Positions 59,101 to 64,000 of a stretch of 64,000 nucleotides of DNA are shown one piece after another; the stretch's first letter is position 1, and each line of letters begins with the position of its first letter. Location: the NCBI GenBank assembly GCA_040285825.1, contig JAUPSS010000003.1:434001-498000 (forward strand). Reading direction: 5' to 3'. The notes beneath the pieces were generated by a model. It did no database searches. It was not told where the DNA came from and saw nothing but the letters and a program-made list of their open reading frames with translations. Source of the stretch: Eukaryota sp. TZLM1-RC (lineage: Eukaryota; Protista; Metamonada: BaSk clade). The translations under genes were made by a program, and so were the position numbers.

Positions 59101-59270
59101 CAAGTTTAGTTCCCCAATAATATTAGTGATATACCCTGATGATCGAAAACCTTGGTTTACGAGCGATTTCAGCGGTAAAGATGGAGTTAACGCTCATACA
59201 ATTCCGGTCGTGCCCAACCTACCATTGATCTGAGATGTTTTGGAATTTTTGAGGCTGGCCAATTTCACTC
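56107..59270 (+). mobile_element. Degenerate Gypsy element G (gag remnant, protease, RT N-terminus), same family as F
   Basis: MIDTAA protease motif; DGIDCQPM; FSSPIILVIYPDDRKP...DFSGKDGVNA. Boundaries are approximate. Confidence 0.75.
57314..57706. mobile_element. hAT-like MITE
   Basis: 16-bp TIR CATACCTGGGCATGAC; perfect 8-bp TSD TTCTCAAC; arrays of GTCATGAC; extra internal TIR copy at 57457. Confidence 0.92.
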
Positions 59271-59329
59271 GATAGAGTTCCACTGCAGAAATGCTGAAAT
59301 GTTTTCTGAAATTTTTCGCCATTTTGAAA

Positions 59330-59900
59330 ACAGTCTAACAGCTTCATGTAATGAAGAACGATAAGTTAATAATTTGGGACTATTTGAAATTTCAAATTTG
59401 TAAATTCTTGTACTGACGTAATGTCATAAGTTCCAATTGCCATTTCAATTTATGGCACCATTGGAAGTGAATGACGAAAATCTCCTGTCATTCAATTGAT
59501 GGGGTTTTTAGTAAGTAAATGTATTAGTGCAGGTTTTGGTTGAGTTTTAAAATGTGTCAGTTCCATGAATGAAGAATAAATCAAAATTTTTTACCAGTTC
59601 TTTACTTCAATTGATATCATGTCAATTAATAAAGGCGCTCTTGAAACAAATCCTTTATTCATGATTTTGTTGAACCTATCAACAATGCGCTTACACTTAG
59701 AAACACATTTGGTTGTATTACAATGCCTATACATCTAACATTCACACATAATTTTTTTTAGATATATTTATTTATTCCAACAAGAACAAACTATATGACA
59801 AGGTTAAAATTCTATGTCTTCATAACCCAAATCAGCCAAGAAGAATTGACTGGAAGTTTTTCTTTCATAAAAGCGTCCAAGAGATAACAAAGCTGAAGAT
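59330..59900 (-). mobile_element. Scraps of CRE-like non-LTR elements
   Basis: 59333-59370 resembles 15841-15885; 59842-59890 resembles 31924-31972. Confidence 0.5.
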
Positions 59901-60159
59901 AATAAGGGAACCAAATATAACACTCAAATGAAATGTAACAAAAAAACCAAACAATGCTTCAGATGCTTCGCTGAATATGTTGGCAGTGATGGAAGCACAT
60001 GTAAAAGGTGGATATAGACCGGAATACCTGCAGAGAATTAAGGTTGACAAAGGTCCAAAGAAAAAGGTATCAAGGAGAAAATCTTCCAAAAAAACTCATT
60101 CTCTCTACATTGGTGTAAAAAGGACACTTATTTCATTGTTGTAGACATCATCTGTAATA

Positions 60160-61491
60160 ATGATCAATGAACAGCGTGGAAAACCTCGTCTAGCTCAGAT
60201 CCGTGACCGTTATCTCTCTGATGCGACTCTTCAGCAGCATTCTCTCCCTTCTAAAAAATCTACCACAAATCTATCACGTGCTAATCTTTCCCTTCCATCT
60301 CTTACTGTACGCTCACATTCTCGTTCCACTAGAGGTGCTGTTTTCAAAATCTGGAAAGAGGTCGAACGTCAAGAAAAAGAGAACCTTAAGCTCAAGGAAG
60401 AGATCCATAATCTACAGGAAGATCTTGGCCGCAAAGACGACAGCTATTCCCGACGTCTATCTCAGTACCAACAGCAAGTTGACAGTTTAAAGGAAAGAAT
60501 CAACAGAATTGAACCTTCTCAAACAAATCATTCAATCAATCAGTATTCTGACCGTATGGAACGTCATCGAGATTTAGTTAAACAGATCAAATCTCATGCT
60601 GGCTGCCTAGAATCAGCCATTAAAACCACTGTCAAGGACGAATTTAACATTATTTCCAGAACTTTTACCCACAAGGTGCACGATGCAGAAGCCAAACTCC
60701 AATCTGTACGCTCCCAACCACCATCTGATGACGTTCTTCAACTTCAAAAGGCCATGGACACTGCTAGAGGTGAGGAAAGGTTTCTGTCAGATCAGTTGAG
60801 GGAGCTTGTTGATAACAATGAAGTTATTGCCAGTCAGAATATTGAGCTTGTGAGGGAAATTGACTCGTATAAAAGGAAAAATTCAGCCATCGTTGATGAG
60901 CTCGGTGAGGAAAAAAAGCGTTATCATCAGCAATGTCAACTTTTGCGGGATTTTGAAGAATCTATTGAGAAGAAAAAGCGCAGTATCAGTCGGCAAAATA
61001 GTTGCCACCTCAATGAAAAGATTCCAAAACTACAATTAAAACAAATAAAGGAAAGTACGGAAGGCAGAAGTAGTTGGCAGTCGTGCTCATCACGTGCTCA
61101 ATCAAATCATCAATCAAATGATGACGTGAAAGTCAAGGGTGGTCAATCAGCTAGACTATTAAAGAGCCTTAATACTGCTCAGTTGGATAGGCTCTCAAAG
61201 TCAGCCAGAACTAATTCAAATACAAAAAGATTTGGTGTGGATAATCTTGAATCTCAAGCTAAGAGACTTTCTGGCTTACTCATCAATAAGAAGAAGACTC
61301 TGAAACATTTGAGGAAAAAACACTTAAAGTCAATTAATAACATGAATGAATTTGAATTTTTAATTCGAAAATCTTTATCAGGTGTTCGTAATTCAGATAA
61401 CTTTAATTCTTTATCACCCCAGGAAAAAGCCAAACTTATAGAAATGAGTCTTTTTTCAGAAACCTTATTAGATAAACTAAAGGCAAAATAG
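60160..61491 (+). CDS. Coiled-coil protein of unknown function
   Basis: Intact 443-aa ORF rich in E/K/Q/L heptads. Confidence 0.7.
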   Translation: MINEQRGKPRLAQIRDRYLSDATLQQHSLPSKKSTTNLSRANLSLPSLTVRSHSRSTRGAVFKIWKEVERQEKENLKLKEEIHNLQEDLGRKDDSYSRRLSQYQQQVDSLKERINRIEPSQTNHSINQYSDRMERHRDLVKQIKSHAGCLESAIKTTVKDEFNIISRTFTHKVHDAEAKLQSVRSQPPSDDVLQLQKAMDTARGEERFLSDQLRELVDNNEVIASQNIELVREIDSYKRKNSAIVDELGEEKKRYHQQCQLLRDFEESIEKKKRSISRQNSCHLNEKIPKLQLKQIKESTEGRSSWQSCSSRAQSNHQSNDDVKVKGGQSARLLKSLNTAQLDRLSKSARTNSNTKRFGVDNLESQAKRLSGLLINKKKTLKHLRKKHLKSINNMNEFEFLIRKSLSGVRNSDNFNSLSPQEKAKLIEMSLFSETLLDKLKAK

Positions 61492-61698
61492 AGGTGAGTT
61501 TTTTTAATTAATTTCAGTTCTGTATTTTATTACATCACCCAATATCTTCATTTGAAACTTCGAAGACAAAGATTTATTTAAAAGAATTTCATAATTTCAA
61601 AAATATGAAAGGAAATTGTTCAATAAATGCGACAAATTACGAAAAATCTCAATAATTTATAACTTTTTTCTCTATAAATAATATTATACAAAATATAT

Positions 61699-64000
61699 TC
61701 AAATACAAACACACTCATACACACCTTCTTCAGTACTAAAAACTAACGTTACCCTATCATTGGTGGGATAAGTAGCGAAAGAAGGTTGAAAAGGGACTAG
61801 TTTTACCGAAAGAATTGGCCTTGCAACTAACAGGACATTAGCAACCAATTCTCCCGTGACTAGTTTAAAACAACTCAGTGAACCATCTTGATGGCCAATT
61901 AATATTATATTATCGAAAACACCAACTGGCCAATCAGAAACATCAAGACTTTGAGCTCTAGTTTTGAGCTCCCGTGAATAACAAAATCTTCCATTGACCG
62001 TATAAACGAACAAAAGATTATCAACAACAACAACTACATCTCCAGTAGTAGTAAAGCCTTTGAGTAGAGGAGTTTGAGGTGAAGAAAGACCACTGGTGAG
62101 TGGTAAGGAGAGTGTTCGAATTGGGATCAGACGGAAAGAGTCCCATAAAGTGACTGTAAATGCATCATCGCAAGTAACAATAACATTGTAATTAGAAACA
62201 ACATGGATTGCGCATACTGTACAACCAGAGAGCCGGAGACAGCCCACAAGCGAAGGACATACAATGTTACCCAAACAACCTGAATTACCCTTAAACAAAC
62301 ATTTTTCGACGTCATAAACCTTAATAACAGAGCCAAGGACAACAAACAATCTATTACCATCAATGGCGAGAACATTATCTAGGTTTGAGCAACAGCTATC
62401 AATGGAGTCAAAAAATAAATCATTAAAGTAGATGAAAAAAGTTGTTTTTGGTTTCGACTTTTGAACAACATAAAGTATTAAAGAATTACAGCATTTAATT
62501 AGAGTTAGACAAAAGTCGATATTGAAGATCTTGACCATTACTGAATCCTCTTTCCTATAATACACCACATCATCCTCTATCCAATAGAGGCCAGTGATGT
62601 TGGTATCGAGTTTGATTTTATTGACCACTTTCAGACGGTCTAAACTGGTCAAAGGGCTCCCTGACTGACATGTGGGTACTTTCCGTCGAGAAGGATGAGG
62701 CCGAGGAAACAGTTGAATCGGCATCTGGCCATAATTCATAATCTGAACTTGACGAGCTTCACTCATAACACAGTCCTGGTCCTGGTCTTTTGCACTTTCT
62801 TTGGAGTTTTGGAACTTTTTGATTCTACTTTTGCCATAAGTGAGTGGATGGAAAACATTGACAGATTCCACGGCAAATTTACCCCTCTGTTTATAACCAA
62901 AAACTAAATCAATCCAATGTGGAAGGTACTGTGAAACCAGAGGACTTTCAAGGGCTTTCCTATGGAGAAAAACAAACTCTCTGGCATTACGGGCCCACAA
63001 AGGCAACTTGACATCATCGACAGGCTGCTGATTTTGTCGAACTCCAAGCTCCAGGCCGAGAGAATTCAAAAGTGATTCATCGTTATAAAACAATTCCGGA
63101 ACCAGCTCTTTAACATCTTGCATAGAAGTCATCCCATTACCAGATACACCACCCCAAGTGAGGGTAATGTCATGAAACAGTCTGTCTGGAAGATCGTATT
63201 TGCCATCATTGAGAGAGCGGTGGAGAGTTGCAAAGGGCTCTAGCCTGACCAAATAGTATAGAGCAGTAGATGCATTCGAAAAGTGAGATCCATAATGATA
63301 GGGAGTTTCGTCCATCGACAGAAGCTCATAATAACGCTCAATAAATCTTTGCATTCTGACTGGATCTTGTGCTCCAATAGGTTTGGTTAGATCACGGTAG
63401 AAACCAGGGTTGGAGAGGTCAAAATTTGAGGAATTATGATCCTTAATAATGACAGGAAAAACTGGATACTGTGTCACGTCATGAAAAGATCGTCCTGCAG
63501 CTTGATTGAGCCTTAATAGATACTCAAAATTTGTAAGCCTGCCTTCAATCCAATCTCGAGTCGTCGACTCAGTTTTAAGAGTCTCTCTGTGCTCGCCTTC
63601 CTTTTCTACCCCGTCATCTTGTTTAGAGCTTGATGACGTATGATTACGTGCCAAATGATTAGTGATTGAATCAAAGGCGGCGTCCCTTGTTGCGGTGCAC
63701 TCAAATGCAATCAAAAAAGAAATACAAGCTGATCCTTTCTTGCCAAATATTTCCAAGGCCTTGTCATCTAGCAAAAAGGTTCTCTTGTAAGCTCCCAAGA
63801 TTTCAGTATATCTATAGGAAAACCAATGACCCCCAGTCTGTACATACGCGGTGTTGATGCTCTCATCAGGAACAAGCGGCGACCACCAATCAATCAGCTC
63901 TGGTCCATTACATCCAGATTCATCATAAGAAGAGAGAAAATTCATAGCCTGGGAAGAGCAATGTTGGTGTAGTGGACGGAAATGTAATGAATCTTGGGAC
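61699..64000 (-). CDS. PH-BEACH-WD40 protein; reading frame is open to the right window edge
   Basis: WIEGRLTNFEYLLRLNQAAGRSFHDVTQYPVFP, YHYGSHFS, DVKELVPELFY, WIDLVFGYKQRG, YGQMPIQLFPRPH. Confidence 0.95.
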   Translation of the reverse strand, partial: SQDSLHFRPLHQHCSSQAMNFLSSYDESGCNGPELIDWWSPLVPDESINTAYVQTGGHWFSYRYTEILGAYKRTFLLDDKALEIFGKKGSACISFLIAFECTATRDAAFDSITNHLARNHTSSSSKQDDGVEKEGEHRETLKTESTTRDWIEGRLTNFEYLLRLNQAAGRSFHDVTQYPVFPVIIKDHNSSNFDLSNPGFYRDLTKPIGAQDPVRMQRFIERYYELLSMDETPYHYGSHFSNASTALYYLVRLEPFATLHRSLNDGKYDLPDRLFHDITLTWGGVSGNGMTSMQDVKELVPELFYNDESLLNSLGLELGVRQNQQPVDDVKLPLWARNAREFVFLHRKALESPLVSQYLPHWIDLVFGYKQRGKFAVESVNVFHPLTYGKSRIKKFQNSKESAKDQDQDCVMSEARQVQIMNYGQMPIQLFPRPHPSRRKVPTCQSGSPLTSLDRLKVVNKIKLDTNITGLYWIEDDVVYYRKEDSVMVKIFNIDFCLTLIKCCNSLILYVVQKSKPKTTFFIYFNDLFFDSIDSCCSNLDNVLAIDGNRLFVVLGSVIKVYDVEKCLFKGNSGCLGNIVCPSLVGCLRLSGCTVCAIHVVSNYNVIVTCDDAFTVTLWDSFRLIPIRTLSLPLTSGLSSPQTPLLKGFTTTGDVVVVVDNLLFVYTVNGRFCYSRELKTRAQSLDVSDWPVGVFDNIILIGHQDGSLSCFKLVTGELVANVLLVARPILSVKLVPFQPSFATYPTNDRVTLVFSTEEGVYECVCI

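Overview
AT-rich eukaryotic genomic DNA in the standard genetic code, most likely from a flagellated protist (IFT54, katanin p80, a 29-nt spliceosomal intron). About ten compact host genes are scattered among densely nested transposons. These include Ty3/Gypsy LTR retrotransposons with chromodomain-like C-termini, very short LTRs and 4-bp TSDs (one near-complete copy at 17177-24537), CRE-like RLE non-LTR retrotransposon fragments, two hAT-like MITEs, a recent gag-only LTR mini-element and a Tc1/IS630-like transposase fragment. Two observations stand out. (1) A Fanzor1-type (eukaryotic TnpB) RNA-guided nuclease gene at 56067->51478 can be reassembled in frame across a nested insertion. It is followed by a structured candidate omegaRNA and an end sequence shared with the neighbouring Tc1/IS630 fragment. 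(2) Six 5' LTR junctions from five sequence-divergent Gypsy families lack a canonical tRNA primer-binding site. They carry a 12-bp CA-N8-TG palindrome with co-varying sequence instead, which suggests tRNA-independent priming. All calls come from reading the sequence by eye; no searches were run.
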